Of a DNA stretch of 64,000 bases, positions 1 through 9,453 are shown piece by piece; the first letter of the stretch is position 1, and each line of letters begins with the position of its first letter. The position numbers and the translations under genes are program-made. The DNA is taken from assembly GCA_963644945.1 (NCBI GenBank), contig CAVIQK010000001.1, positions 3,402-67,401 on the forward strand, given 5' to 3'. The notes under the pieces are model-generated. The model was not told the origin of the DNA. It saw nothing but the letters and a program-made list of their open reading frames with translations, and ran no database searches. Origin of the DNA: a bacterium (lineage in GTDB: Bacteria; Bacillota; Clostridia; Christensenellales; DTU072).

Positions 1-1132
1 GAAGTTTATCGAATTCAAGGAGTCCTTTTTGTAGTGTTAAATTGAATTTATCGACTTCTTTTGACAATTCGGAGATAACTTTATCATGGTTTTGTTCAAG
101 TTCCGGATAATATTTTTTATATTGGTCTATGTATTGCTCTGCAATTTCGTTTAGTACTTGGCAATCGAGATCCAAAATTCTTGCATATCTCACTGCACGT
201 CTTATAAGACGTCTCAAAACATAACCTTGATCGACATTGGAAGGAACAACACCGTTTTCATCGCCCATAATAAACACAGAAGTACGAATATGATCGGCAA
301 TAACTCTTTGTGCGACAGTTCTTTCTTTGCCTTTTACATCCGATTTTGTGTTTTTCTCAATTATTGCCATAGCAGGAGCAAAAAGGTCGGTTTCATATAC
401 AGATTTATAACCGCCGAGTACACAAAGAGTACGTTCGAGTCCCATTCCGGTATCGACATTTTTTTGTTTTAAGGGCGAATATTTTCCGTTTTCGTCTTTA
501 TAAAATTGCATAAAGACATTGTTCCAAATTTCAAGATAACGTCCACAATCGCAAGCAGGCGAACAATCGTCTCCGCAAGGCTCTTTATCTGTGATATAGA
601 ATATTTCGGTATCTCCACCGCAAGGACCGGTTGCACCGGCAATCCACCAGTTGTTTTTCTTGGGGAGATAGAATATTTTATCCTTAGGAATTCCAAGTTC
701 TGCCCATCTAGCGGCACTCACTTCGTCTCTAGGACAGTCGTCATCACCGGCAAAAACAGAAACAGCCAGTTTTTCCACGGGAATTTCAAGGACTTTTGTC
801 AAAAAGTCAAAAGAAAATTGTATAGATTCCGTTTTGAAATAATCACCCAAAGACCAATTTCCCAGCATTTCGAAGAATGTGCAGTGCGAATCATCTCCTA
901 CGTCGTCAATATCTCCTGTACGCACACATTTTTGGACGTCCGTAAGACGTGTTCCTTGAGGGTGTTTTTGTCCTAAAAGATAAGGGACAAGAGGATGCAT
1001 TCCGGCAGTTGTAAACAAAACCGACGGATCGTTTTCCGGTATAAGTGATGCGGATCTGATAATTTTATGTCCACGTTCTTTGAAGAAATTTAAGTATTCT
1101 TCTCTTAAAAATTCCGAAGTAAGTTGTTTCAT
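1..1132 (-). CDS. alaS: Alanine--tRNA ligase, N-terminal catalytic region (partial; gene continues past left edge)
   Basis: Absent from the ORF track because it runs off the edge. Manual reverse-complement translation from ATG 1132-1130 gives MKQLTSEFLREEYLNFFKERGHKIIRSASLIPENDPSVLFTTAGMHPLVPYLLG...HCTFFEMLGNWSLGDYFK...NVDTGMGLERT, open to position 1. GGAG Shine-Dalgarno lies about 7 nt upstream. Confidence 0.85.
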   Translation of the reverse strand, partial: MKQLTSEFLREEYLNFFKERGHKIIRSASLIPENDPSVLFTTAGMHPLVPYLLGQKHPQGTRLTDVQKCVRTGDIDDVGDDSHCTFFEMLGNWSLGDYFKTESIQFSFDFLTKVLEIPVEKLAVSVFAGDDDCPRDEVSAARWAELGIPKDKIFYLPKKNNWWIAGATGPCGGDTEIFYITDKEPCGDDCSPACDCGRYLEIWNNVFMQFYKDENGKYSPLKQKNVDTGMGLERTLCVLGGYKSVYETDLFAPAMAIIEKNTKSDVKGKERTVAQRVIADHIRTSVFIMGDENGVVPSNVDQGYVLRRLIRRAVRYARILDLDCQVLNEIAEQYIDQYKKYYPELEQNHDKVISELSKEVDKFNLTLQKGLLEFDKL

Positions 1133-1165
1133 TATAATCTCCTGATTGTTATTTATAAAGCATTG

Positions 1166-2356
1166 TTATGCCATCATTTCTTTTATAATATCTGTGCCTT
1201 TTCCCAAGAATTTTCCTTGTTTTGCGGTCGATTCGTCGTATCTCGGTATGCCAACAGAGGGACAAAAAGAGCGATAAATTAGATAAGGTACGGCTTCAGA
1301 CGTATGTGTCATTATATCTACGGGCGTTGCGTGGTCCGGAAGAAGAGCAAGCACGAAGTCATATTTACCTTCTAGACCTTCCACAACTCTGCCTACAACT
1401 TTATCTACCATCTCTATGGCTGCGACTTTTTCGTCAAACGAGCCATGATGTCCTGCTTCGTCGGGTGCTTCCAAATGTATATAAACATAATCAAAATCGT
1501 TGTCAAGCAAGTTTAGAGCCTTGTCAACTTTTGCTTGCCAATTTGTATTGATTGTACCGGTCGCCCCTTCTACGTCAAAAGAAGCCATATTGGCGCCGAT
1601 AGCGATACCTTTGAGAAGGTCAACTGCCGAAATCATTGCACCTTTCAAACCTGTTTTCTCATAGAAATCGGGTATATCGGGTTTTGTGCCAAGTCCCCAA
1701 AACCAAACATGAGTGGCAGGGTTCAATCCTCTTTCGATACGAGATATATTTACCGGATGATTTTTGAGAATTTCATTGGATTTTTTGATGAAATCAAGGT
1801 AAATATCGGCATTTTCTCCTTGTGGAAGATAAGATTTTACTTCCTTTGAAGTAATATCATGAGGCGGAGTAAAGATTGTTTTTGTACTGCCGTTGTTTGC
1901 CACAAGACAATGCCTATAAGCAGTACCGGAGAATAGTTTGAAACCTTCTCCAAAAATATCTTTGAGAGAATCTACCAAAACTTTTGCTTCTTCGGTGGTG
2001 ATTTCTCCCGCCGCATAGTCAACCATTGTCGCAGTATCAAGATCGCTTGACGACAAAGTCACCAAGTTCGTGCGTATTGCGACATCTGTATTTTGTAAAT
2101 GAATATTAAGAGATAACGCCTCCAAAGGAGATCTTCCTGTATATATGGAAGAATCTATACCAAGGACAGCCATATTACAAATATCCGATCCCGGTTTGAT
2201 TCCGTCGGGGACGGTTTTTACAAGACCGAATTGAGATTTTTTGGCAAGGTTGTCAATATGGGGTTTGTTTGCCGTTTCCAGTGGTGTAAGGGGATGTGTC
2301 GTAGTTTCTCTGTCTGCCATTCCGTCGCCTAAAACGACAATATATTTCTTTTTCAT
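1166..2356 (-). CDS. apgM: Cofactor-independent phosphoglycerate mutase, archaeal ApgM type (metalloenzyme superfamily)
   Basis: ORF 1166..2452 trimmed to ATG 2356 (MKKKYIVVLGDGMADR). Motifs GDGMAD, HLEAPDEAGHHG and LLPDHATP. Confidence 0.7.
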   Translation of the reverse strand: MKKKYIVVLGDGMADRETTTHPLTPLETANKPHIDNLAKKSQFGLVKTVPDGIKPGSDICNMAVLGIDSSIYTGRSPLEALSLNIHLQNTDVAIRTNLVTLSSSDLDTATMVDYAAGEITTEEAKVLVDSLKDIFGEGFKLFSGTAYRHCLVANNGSTKTIFTPPHDITSKEVKSYLPQGENADIYLDFIKKSNEILKNHPVNISRIERGLNPATHVWFWGLGTKPDIPDFYEKTGLKGAMISAVDLLKGIAIGANMASFDVEGATGTINTNWQAKVDKALNLLDNDFDYVYIHLEAPDEAGHHGSFDEKVAAIEMVDKVVGRVVEGLEGKYDFVLALLPDHATPVDIMTHTSEAVPYLIYRSFCPSVGIPRYDESTAKQGKFLGKGTDIIKEMMA

Positions 2357-2499
2357 TTCGCAATTTTCCTCAAAAGACATTATACCGATATTTAGGACAT
2401 ATTGCAAGAGAAAAGGGTTTATATGACGGAATATAAAAAGAAAAAGAGCCATATCTACTAAGAAACAGGCTCTTTTTACAAACTTAATAAGTCGAAGTG

Positions 2500-3999
2500 T
2501 TATGAATTGTATTTTGTTTTTATCATAACGTCGTGCGCTCCGCCTTCTACGATGCTTGTTGCCGAAACAACGGTAAGTTTTGCATCTTTATGTAAATCAG
2601 GAATAGAAGTCACACCGCAGTTGCACATGGTTGATTTGACTTTATAAAGACTCTTTCTGACATTGTCGGCAAGTTTTCCTGCGTACGGAACATAACTATC
2701 TACACCTTCTTCGAAAGAAAGTCCGGTTTTTCCGCCTAAATCGTAACGTTGCCAGTTTCTTGCACGATTACTGCCTTCGCCCCAATATTCTTTGACGTAA
2801 TTGCCGTTGATGTTGAGTTTTGCGGTAGGGCTTTCGTCGAATCTTGCGAAATATCTGCCGAGCATCAAGAAGTCCGCACCCATCGCAAGAGCAAGTGTCA
2901 TGTGATAATCGTGGACGATACCGCCGTCGGAACAAACGGGAATATAAATTCCGGTTTTTTCATAATATTCGTCTCTTGCCGCCACGACTTCGATAAGGGC
3001 GGTTGCTTGACCTCTGCCGATACCTTTGGTTTCTCTCGTGATACAAATAGAACCACCGCCGATACCTACTTTTACGAAGTCTGCTCCGGCTTCTGCTAGG
3101 AACAAAAATCCGTCTCTATCTACGACGTTTCCTGCTCCAACCATAACTTTGTCGCCATAGGTTTTACGAATAAAATCTAAAGTTTTCTTTTGCCAAACGG
3201 TATAACCTTCACTACTGTCTATACAAAGGACATCGGCGCCTGCTTCTATAAGGAGAGGGACACGTGTTTCGTAGTCGAGAGTATTGATGCCTGCTCCTAC
3301 CAAATAACGTTTTTCGTTATCCAGAATTTCAAGAGGATTTTCTTTGTGTTGGGCATAGTCTTTTCTAAAAACGAAATAAAGAAGGTTGCCGTTGTCGTCT
3401 ACTATCGGTAGGCTGTTGAGTTTATGATCCCAAATTATATCGTTGGCTTCCGAAAGAGTGGTCGAAGCGTTGGCAACGATAAGTTTTTCTCTAGGCGTCA
3501 TAAAGGTCGAAACTTTATCGTTTAGATTCATTCTCGATACTCTATAATCTCTACTTGTAATGACTCCCAAAAGTTTTCCGCAAGAAGTCCCGTCCTCGGT
3601 TACGGCAATTGTGTTGTGTCCGTTTCTTTCGACTAGGTCCAAGACGTCTTTTAGAGTGTTGTCGGGGGTTAAGTTGGAGTCGCTTACTACAAAACCTGCT
3701 TTGTAGGCTTTGACTCTTCTAATCATTGCGGCTTCGTTTTCTGCACTTTGCGAGCCGTAAATAAAAGAAATTCCGCCCTCTTTTGCCAATGCGATTGCAA
3801 GTTTATCGTTACTTACGGACTGCATAATGGCAGAAACAAGCGGAATATTGAGAGAAATTCTCGGTTCTTCTCCCTTTTTATATTTAACAAGAGGTGTTTT
3901 CAAACTGACGTTTGCGGGGATGCACTGTTCCGATGTGTATCCTGGGATGAGCAAATATTCACTAAAAGTTCTAGAAGGCTCTTGACAATATTTTGCCAT
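2500..3999 (-). CDS. guaB: IMP dehydrogenase (long GuaB-family form with CBS pair)
   Basis: 499 aa. Catalytic Cys loop [17 protein letters not shown] phosphate-binding segment, CBS-like insert. GGAG SD lies before the ATG at 3999. Confidence 0.7.
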   Translation of the reverse strand: MAKYCQEPSRTFSEYLLIPGYTSEQCIPANVSLKTPLVKYKKGEEPRISLNIPLVSAIMQSVSNDKLAIALAKEGGISFIYGSQSAENEAAMIRRVKAYKAGFVVSDSNLTPDNTLKDVLDLVERNGHNTIAVTEDGTSCGKLLGVITSRDYRVSRMNLNDKVSTFMTPREKLIVANASTTLSEANDIIWDHKLNSLPIVDDNGNLLYFVFRKDYAQHKENPLEILDNEKRYLVGAGINTLDYETRVPLLIEAGADVLCIDSSEGYTVWQKKTLDFIRKTYGDKVMVGAGNVVDRDGFLFLAEAGADFVKVGIGGGSICITRETKGIGRGQATALIEVVAARDEYYEKTGIYIPVCSDGGIVHDYHMTLALAMGADFLMLGRYFARFDESPTAKLNINGNYVKEYWGEGSNRARNWQRYDLGGKTGLSFEEGVDSYVPYAGKLADNVRKSLYKVKSTMCNCGVTSIPDLHKDAKLTVVSATSIVEGGAHDVMIKTKYNS

Positions 4000-4109
4000 A
4001 CAATTATCTCCTTATAAGTAAATTTTTTGTATTGTAACACAAAAAAATTCTATTGAAAAGTGAAAAATAAAATGTTGCAAAAAATAAATAAAAATGATAC
4101 TATCATAAT

Positions 4110-4646
4110 ATGAGAACAGTTAGAGTAGATATAAGCGGAAAAGATGTAGAAATACCCGTACTTATTGACGAGGCTTACAACGAAGAGCCGTTGTTTTCTT
4201 TGGACGGAGAAACAGCCCTCACAACCTTTTGTGCAGAAAAGTTGGCACCCTACCTACAAGGCTCCGACGTTATTTTGACATCTAAAGAAACAGGAAGCCT
4301 TCTTGCGTTCGAATTGTCCAAAATGTTAGGGCAAGAAAGATTTGCCGTTGCCAAAAAGTCCGAAAAAGTCTATGTACTCGAAGGTCTATCCATCTCAATT
4401 AGGACGAAAGACGGAGCAATACAAAACCTTTATTTGTCAACCGAGAACACCAAAATTCTCAAAGGCAAAAAGGTCGCAATACTCGACGACTTTGTAGCGA
4501 CAGGCGGAACTCTTCTAGGGCTAGAAAAACTTGTCGAAAGGGCAGGTGGCATTGTCCACAGCAAAAACTTTGTTCTCATAAAAGAACCTTGTCTTGTAGA
4601 TAAGTCAACAATAAATTATCTTGGAATTATACCCGATTTAGGCTAA
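4110..4646 (+). CDS. Phosphoribosyltransferase family protein (type I PRTase)
   Basis: 178 aa. PRPP-binding motif VAILDDFVATGGTLLG. Substrate not assignable. Confidence 0.6.
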   Translation: MRTVRVDISGKDVEIPVLIDEAYNEEPLFSLDGETALTTFCAEKLAPYLQGSDVILTSKETGSLLAFELSKMLGQERFAVAKKSEKVYVLEGLSISIRTKDGAIQNLYLSTENTKILKGKKVAILDDFVATGGTLLGLEKLVERAGGIVHSKNFVLIKEPCLVDKSTINYLGIIPDLG

Positions 4647-4765
4647 AATTTGTCTAAATTGAGTAAAAAATAAAATAAAAATCGGTATTACCTAAATCGA
4701 TGATTCGTTCGGAGAGGAAGCCAATACTCGTAAAGTCAAAAAACTTGACTATATTTGTAGTATTA

Positions 4766-4797
4766 AGCACATCCTTTTCGGGGTGTGCTATTTTTTT
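4766..4797 (+). terminator. Intrinsic terminator hairpin directly abutting the SD of the next gene (possible attenuator)
   Basis: 9-bp stem AGCACATCC/GGGGTGTGCT (4766-4774 / 4781-4789), then A plus T7 (4790-4797). GGAGG follows at 4798 and ATG at 4807. Confidence 0.6.
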
Positions 4798-4806
4798 GGA
4801 GGAAAC

Positions 4807-5058
4807 ATGGCAAGAATAGGTGTAGTTGCAATTATTATAAAAGGCGACAGAGAAGTCGTCCCCGAAGTGCAGAGCATTTTGTCCGAATTTGCAGACATTA
4901 TTATGTCCCGAAACGGACTCCCCGATTTCGAACACAAAGTGTTCACGATTTCGGTAGTCGTCAAAGGTAGCAACGAGAGAATATCCGCACTCACCGGAAA
5001 ACTCGGCAGACTTTCGTCGGTCAATGTAAAATCTGCATTGACGGCGGTAGAAATATAA
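4807..5058 (+). CDS. TM1266-like small ACT-fold protein (putative iron-only hydrogenase system regulator family)
   Basis: ORF 4783..5058 trimmed to MARIGVVAIIIKGDRE. The C-terminal ISALTGKLGRLSSVNVKSA resembles my recollection of the family signature (SALxGKLG..GV.VK). 83 aa. Confidence 0.5.
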   Translation: MARIGVVAIIIKGDREVVPEVQSILSEFADIIMSRNGLPDFEHKVFTISVVVKGSNERISALTGKLGRLSSVNVKSALTAVEI

Positions 5059-5072
5059 AAAGGAGAACAAAT

Positions 5073-6056
5073 ATGAAAAAAGTTTTTAGAATTTTGGTTA
5101 TTGTTGCCATAGTTGTAGCACTTGGCATTGTCGCTCTTACCGGCTGCAACAGTGCCGTTGACAGAGAAATAAAGATAGGCACCCCCGACGGAGCGCCGGC
5201 ACTGTCAATAGGCGGAATAATCAACGGGGCAACCGTCAAATACGCAGACAAAGGTATATCTTGCGACGTCGTAATGAGTGATGCCCCCAATGTTATCAGT
5301 GCAAAACTCACGACAGGGGAATATGACCTTGCAATTCTTCCTACCAATGTCGCCGCCAAAGCATATAAAAGCGGAGCAGACATCAAAATTTTGACCGTCA
5401 ACACATGGGGAAATCTATACATTGTAGGCAAAGGCGAAGAAATAACAGATCTTTCCGCTCTCAAAGGAAAAACCGTTTTCCTTACGGCAAAAGCAGGTGT
5501 CCCCACCGTCGTGTTCAAATATCTTTTGGCATCTGCAAATATCGAATTTGAAGAAAGCGACAAGGCGATAGAAGGAAAAGTTGCCTTACAATATAAAGAG
5601 GCTACCGAAATTATCCCCATGCTAAAAAAGGGCGTTGCGGAATTTGCAGTATTAGGCGAGCCTGCAGTTACTAAAGCATCCGCCAAAGCAGGAGTAAAAG
5701 TCGTATTTGATTTGCAACAAGGCTACAAAGCCGTTTCGGCATCCGAAAATCTCGGTTTCCCTCAAGCCTCCCTTGTAGTAAGCGGCAATTTTTACAAGGA
5801 AAACAAGGCTTTTGTCAACGAATTTGTAAAAGAAATAAAGAAGAGTGCCGCAAGCATCTCTAACCAAGAATTTCTTGATACGTTGGTAGAAAATGTAGTA
5901 AAAACCGCTCCTTCTACATCTTTACAAGGCATAACCGCAGAGAGTGCCACAAGATGCTCGGTAAAAATAGTTGATGCAGTGGAAGTAAAAGACGAAGTAA
6001 AATCTTTCCTCGGTGTGTTCGGTATCGAAGTAGACGACAACTTTTTTGTAGATTAA
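5073..6056 (+). CDS. ABC transporter substrate-binding lipoprotein (NitT/TauT, NMT1/SsuA-like)
   Basis: Signal peptide plus lipobox LTGC. 327 aa. Immediately followed by a permease and an ATPase. Confidence 0.6.
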   Translation: MKKVFRILVIVAIVVALGIVALTGCNSAVDREIKIGTPDGAPALSIGGIINGATVKYADKGISCDVVMSDAPNVISAKLTTGEYDLAILPTNVAAKAYKSGADIKILTVNTWGNLYIVGKGEEITDLSALKGKTVFLTAKAGVPTVVFKYLLASANIEFEESDKAIEGKVALQYKEATEIIPMLKKGVAEFAVLGEPAVTKASAKAGVKVVFDLQQGYKAVSASENLGFPQASLVVSGNFYKENKAFVNEFVKEIKKSAASISNQEFLDTLVENVVKTAPSTSLQGITAESATRCSVKIVDAVEVKDEVKSFLGVFGIEVDDNFFVD

Positions 6057-6057
6057 A

Positions 6058-6813
6058 GTGAAAGAGAAATTAAAACCTTTTCTTAATATAATTTATCCGC
6101 TGATCGCTCTTTCGGTCATCTTTCTTATATGGTTGATTGCCGAAAAAGTGGTCGGTGCCGAATTGATTATACCTAGTATTTCCTCGACATTTTCATCTCT
6201 CGGTCGCATTTTTGCGGACGGAGAATTTTGGCTGTCCGTAGGCGGATCTCTATTTAGAGCGGTGCGAAGTTTTGTTTACGGTGCATTGCTTGCAATAACG
6301 TTTTCGCTGTTGTCATATTTATTTGTGCCTGTAAGGAAAGTGCTTGATCCTTTGATTTCAATATTAAGATCCACTCCGACTATGGCAATTATTTTGGTAG
6401 TTGTTTTATGGCTTGGTAGCAGAACGGCACCGGTAATTATTGCATTTTTAATAACTTTTCCGTTGTTATATGCCAACTTTCTTGCAGGATTCGATGCAAT
6501 AGACGGAAAACTTCTCGAAATGGCGAAGATATACAAAGTAAGAAAAAGAGATGTGATAAAAGATCTTTTTCTCCCTTCGATTGCTCCGTTTGCGTTTGAC
6601 GGCATGAAATCGGCAATTTCTTTATCTCTAAAAGTCACGATAGCCTCCGAAGTCATGGCACAGACTATTGACAGTTTGGGACTCTATATGCAGACGGCGA
6701 GAGTCAATTTAGAAACGGCAGATCTTATTGCATGTACGATAGTCGCAATAGTGCTGTCTTATGCGCTGGAACTCGTTGTAAGTCTAATCAAAAAACTTGT
6801 GGTGAGGTGGTAA
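6058..6813 (+). CDS. ABC transporter permease (NitT/TauT family)
   Basis: 251 aa, about 6 hydrophobic segments, GTG start 1 nt after the SBP stop. Confidence 0.65.
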   Translation: MKEKLKPFLNIIYPLIALSVIFLIWLIAEKVVGAELIIPSISSTFSSLGRIFADGEFWLSVGGSLFRAVRSFVYGALLAITFSLLSYLFVPVRKVLDPLISILRSTPTMAIILVVVLWLGSRTAPVIIAFLITFPLLYANFLAGFDAIDGKLLEMAKIYKVRKRDVIKDLFLPSIAPFAFDGMKSAISLSLKVTIASEVMAQTIDSLGLYMQTARVNLETADLIACTIVAIVLSYALELVVSLIKKLVVRW

Positions 6814-7488
6814 ATGAAACTCGATATATCTAAAAGTTTTGGCGACAAAGTCGTGCTTAACCACTTTGAGGCAGAATTCCCCCAAAATAAAATAATAGGT
6901 CTTACGGGAGTATCGGGGAGCGGAAAAACCACTATTCTCAATGCGATTTCCGGTAATATAGAATATGAAGGGCATATTGAGGACGGTCCCCAAAGAGTAA
7001 GTTATATTTTTCAAGAGCCCAGACTTATCCCTTCGATGACAGTGTTTGAAAATTTGGATTTTGTATTGAAAGGCATAATCGCCGACAAAAAAGAAAGAGA
7101 AGTTCTAATAAAAGACAGCCTAAAATCTGTCGAAATGCAATCCGAAGCCAATGCCTATCCCAAGAGTTTGTCCGGTGGAATGGCGCAAAGAATAGCGCTC
7201 GCTCGAGGATTTTTATTTCCTTCCGATCTTCTTTTGATGGACGAGCCGTGGAAGGCACTAGATTTAAGACTAGAATTAAAAATGATGGAACTTTTCAAAA
7301 ATTTATACGAAAAATCTCCTCGCACCGTCATTATGGTGACTCACGATTTCGATGAGGCAATAGATCTTTGCGACAAAATAATCGTGCTAAAAGACGGAGT
7401 CAATGCCTACGAAACAGATATAGAAAAGGGCCCTTCTCAAGAAAAACGTGGTCAAATAAAAGAAAAACTGACAACTTTCTTTATGTAA
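6814..7488 (+). CDS. ABC transporter ATP-binding protein
   Basis: Walker A GVSGSGKTT, signature LSGGMAQR, Walker B LLLMDEP. ATG directly follows the permease stop. Confidence 0.85.
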   Translation: MKLDISKSFGDKVVLNHFEAEFPQNKIIGLTGVSGSGKTTILNAISGNIEYEGHIEDGPQRVSYIFQEPRLIPSMTVFENLDFVLKGIIADKKEREVLIKDSLKSVEMQSEANAYPKSLSGGMAQRIALARGFLFPSDLLLMDEPWKALDLRLELKMMELFKNLYEKSPRTVIMVTHDFDEAIDLCDKIIVLKDGVNAYETDIEKGPSQEKRGQIKEKLTTFFM

Positions 7489-7608
7489 TGATATTTTACT
7501 TTATATTTGATTTTATGATATATAATTCATAAATATATATAGTAAAAAATAGAAAAATGTCGATTATTTGAGAGCCGTCTAAAAAAATTTTTAATTGCTA
7601 AAAAACAG

Positions 7609-7637
7609 TTGCCATAAACTTTTATATCGTATATAAT
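7609..7637 (+). promoter_or_regulatory. Sigma-70-type promoter for the uracil-permease leader
   Basis: TTGCCA (7609-7614), 17-nt spacer, TATAAT (7632-7637). Confidence 0.5.
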
Positions 7638-7662
7638 AACTTCAAAACCGATAGGAGAAAGA

Positions 7663-7737
7663 ATGATGATTAGAGTTGGTTTTACGATAGACATAACGAA
7701 AGGCCTACCTGAGATAATTCTTTTTTCAATTAAATAA
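7663..7737 (+). CDS. 24-codon leader ORF (MMIRVGFTIDITKGLPEIILFSIK), possible leader peptide
   Basis: AGGAG lies 6 nt upstream of ATGATG. The ORF ends 7 nt before the terminator hairpin. No homology is recognisable. Confidence 0.3.
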   Translation: MMIRVGFTIDITKGLPEIILFSIK

Positions 7738-7744
7738 AAACATT

Positions 7745-7774
7745 TAGGGACTAGTATTTAGTCCCTATTTTTTT
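7745..7774 (+). terminator. Intrinsic terminator within the uracil permease 5' leader (possible attenuator)
   Basis: TAGGGACT (7745-7752) pairs with AGTCCCTA (7760-7767), followed by T7. It lies 257 nt after the previous stop codon and 24 nt before the uraA ATG. Confidence 0.6.
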
Positions 7775-7798
7775 ATAAAAAATTGGAGGAAACAGAAA

Positions 7799-9403
7799 AT
7801 GGAAAAGAAAGATCTTATCTATGACGTAAATGATCGTCCCCCGTTTGGGAAGATGCTCATATTTGCGTTCCAACAAGTCCTTGCAATCATGGCTGCAACT
7901 ATCGCAGTTCCGCAAATTATAGGGCTTCCCACACAAATCCCTGCCGCAATTTTAGGTGGCGGTATAGGAACGATTGTGTACCTACTCTTCACAAGATTTA
8001 AGAGCCCTGTCATCATATCTTCGTCGTTTGCGTTTTTAAGTTCGCTATCTACGGCATTGATGTTCGGATATTGCGGAATCATAATCGGTGGTATCCTTGC
8101 AGGTCTTGTATATGTCGTCATAGCCCTTATAATCAAGGCTGCCGGTACGAAATGGGTATCAAAACTCATGCCTCCGGTCATCATCGGACCTACGGTAGCA
8201 CTTATCGGTCTTTCTCTTGCCGGTAGCGCAATGGGAGATATAACCAAAGCAAGCGGAGCATCTTTAAGCGGAAGTTACAACCTTATCGCTCTTTTCTGCG
8301 GTATCATCACCCTTGTTACAATCTGCGTTTGCTCCACCCAAAAGAAATTCAAAATGGGCAGACTTATCCCGTTCATCATCGGAATTGCAGTAGGTTATGC
8401 AGTAGCATCCTTCTTCTCAATCTTCGGATATGCTTGCGACGTGGACTACCTCAAAATAGTCAACTGGCAACCCCTCGTCAACAACTTCGTCAATGCAGAC
8501 GGCTCATTTAGAGGATTCCAAGCATTCCTCGATTATCCTGACTTTGCACTAATCGAAGGCATCAAAGAACTTGTCAACGGCAACGTAAGCGATGCAGTCC
8601 TAAAAGCAACAGGCGGAAAAGCCACCACAATCACTTGGGCAGGCGTCGGTGAAGTAGCCCTTGCCTTCATCCCCGTTGCGTTCGTTGTCTTTGCCGAACA
8701 CATCGCAGACCACAAAAACCTCGGATCCATCATCGGTAGAGATTTGGTCGAAGGCGAACCCGGACTTACCAGAACACTCTTGGGAGACGGTGTAGGTTCT
8801 ATCGTCGGTACAGTATTCGGTATCTGCCCCAACACCACATACGGAGAATCGGTAGGTTGCGTAGCAATCACCAAAAACGCATCCGTTGCTACCATCCTTA
8901 CGGCAGCAATCATGTGCATAGTCCTCTCGTTCATCAGCCCCATCATGGCGCTACTACAAACAATCCCCTCTTGCGTAATGGGCGGTGTTTGCTTGACACT
9001 CTACGGATTTATCGCTTGCTCGGGACTCAAAATGTTCAAAGACATTGACCTCGGAGACAACAAAAACCTCTTCACGGTATCGACCATTCTTATCGCAGGT
9101 ATCGGTGGACTTTCCATCCAAATCCCCTATGCAATCAGCAACGGTCAAGTATCCAAGACCATCAACATCACATCCATTGCAACCGCACTTCTCTTAGGCA
9201 TCCTAGTATATGCAATCATCTCTAAGATCGAAAAAGGTCAAGAAGAAAAAGGCATCGAAAAGGCAGAAGGCGAAACCGACAGCCTTATAACCGGAGCAGT
9301 TGCATCCGATGCAAAATTCGACCTAAACGGTGAAAATGCATCAGAATTCAGCGAAACTTCCAACGAAGAAGTTGTAAAAACCGAAGAAAATATTGAAGAA
9401 TAA
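7799..9403 (+). CDS. uraA: Uracil permease (NCS2 family) with acidic C-terminal tail
   Basis: 534 aa. Strong by-eye similarity to E. coli UraA ([34 protein letters not shown]). Followed by upp. Confidence 0.8.
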   Translation: MEKKDLIYDVNDRPPFGKMLIFAFQQVLAIMAATIAVPQIIGLPTQIPAAILGGGIGTIVYLLFTRFKSPVIISSSFAFLSSLSTALMFGYCGIIIGGILAGLVYVVIALIIKAAGTKWVSKLMPPVIIGPTVALIGLSLAGSAMGDITKASGASLSGSYNLIALFCGIITLVTICVCSTQKKFKMGRLIPFIIGIAVGYAVASFFSIFGYACDVDYLKIVNWQPLVNNFVNADGSFRGFQAFLDYPDFALIEGIKELVNGNVSDAVLKATGGKATTITWAGVGEVALAFIPVAFVVFAEHIADHKNLGSIIGRDLVEGEPGLTRTLLGDGVGSIVGTVFGICPNTTYGESVGCVAITKNASVATILTAAIMCIVLSFISPIMALLQTIPSCVMGGVCLTLYGFIACSGLKMFKDIDLGDNKNLFTVSTILIAGIGGLSIQIPYAISNGQVSKTINITSIATALLLGILVYAIISKIEKGQEEKGIEKAEGETDSLITGAVASDAKFDLNGENASEFSETSNEEVVKTEENIEE

Positions 9404-9414
9404 CAAAAATCAAA

Positions 9415-9440
9415 GTAGAGCGTGTAAATCCACGCTCTAC
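9415..9440 (+). other. Perfect 10-bp intercistronic hairpin between uraA and upp (no U-tract)
   Basis: GTAGAGCGTG-TAAATC-CACGCTCTAC. The upp SD AAGGAG starts immediately after it. Confidence 0.6.
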
Positions 9441-9453
9441 AAGGAGAATAAAA

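Noticed and set aside
158-976. Two plus-strand ORFs (158..472 and 506..976) and a minus ORF (469..717)
   Set aside because: They overlap the open minus-strand alaS frame found by manual translation. Their sequences are low-complexity or Cys-rich and have no motifs.
5021-5686. 221-aa minus-strand ORF
   Set aside because: It is antisense to the ABC substrate-binding lipoprotein gene, which has a signal peptide and lipobox. Ala/Ser/Thr-rich shadow frame.
7640-7745. PyrR-binding attenuator or purine riboswitch in the uraA leader
   Set aside because: There is no UCCAGAGAGG-type PyrR loop and no purine-riboswitch three-way-junction core visible. Reported only as an unclassified attenuator candidate.
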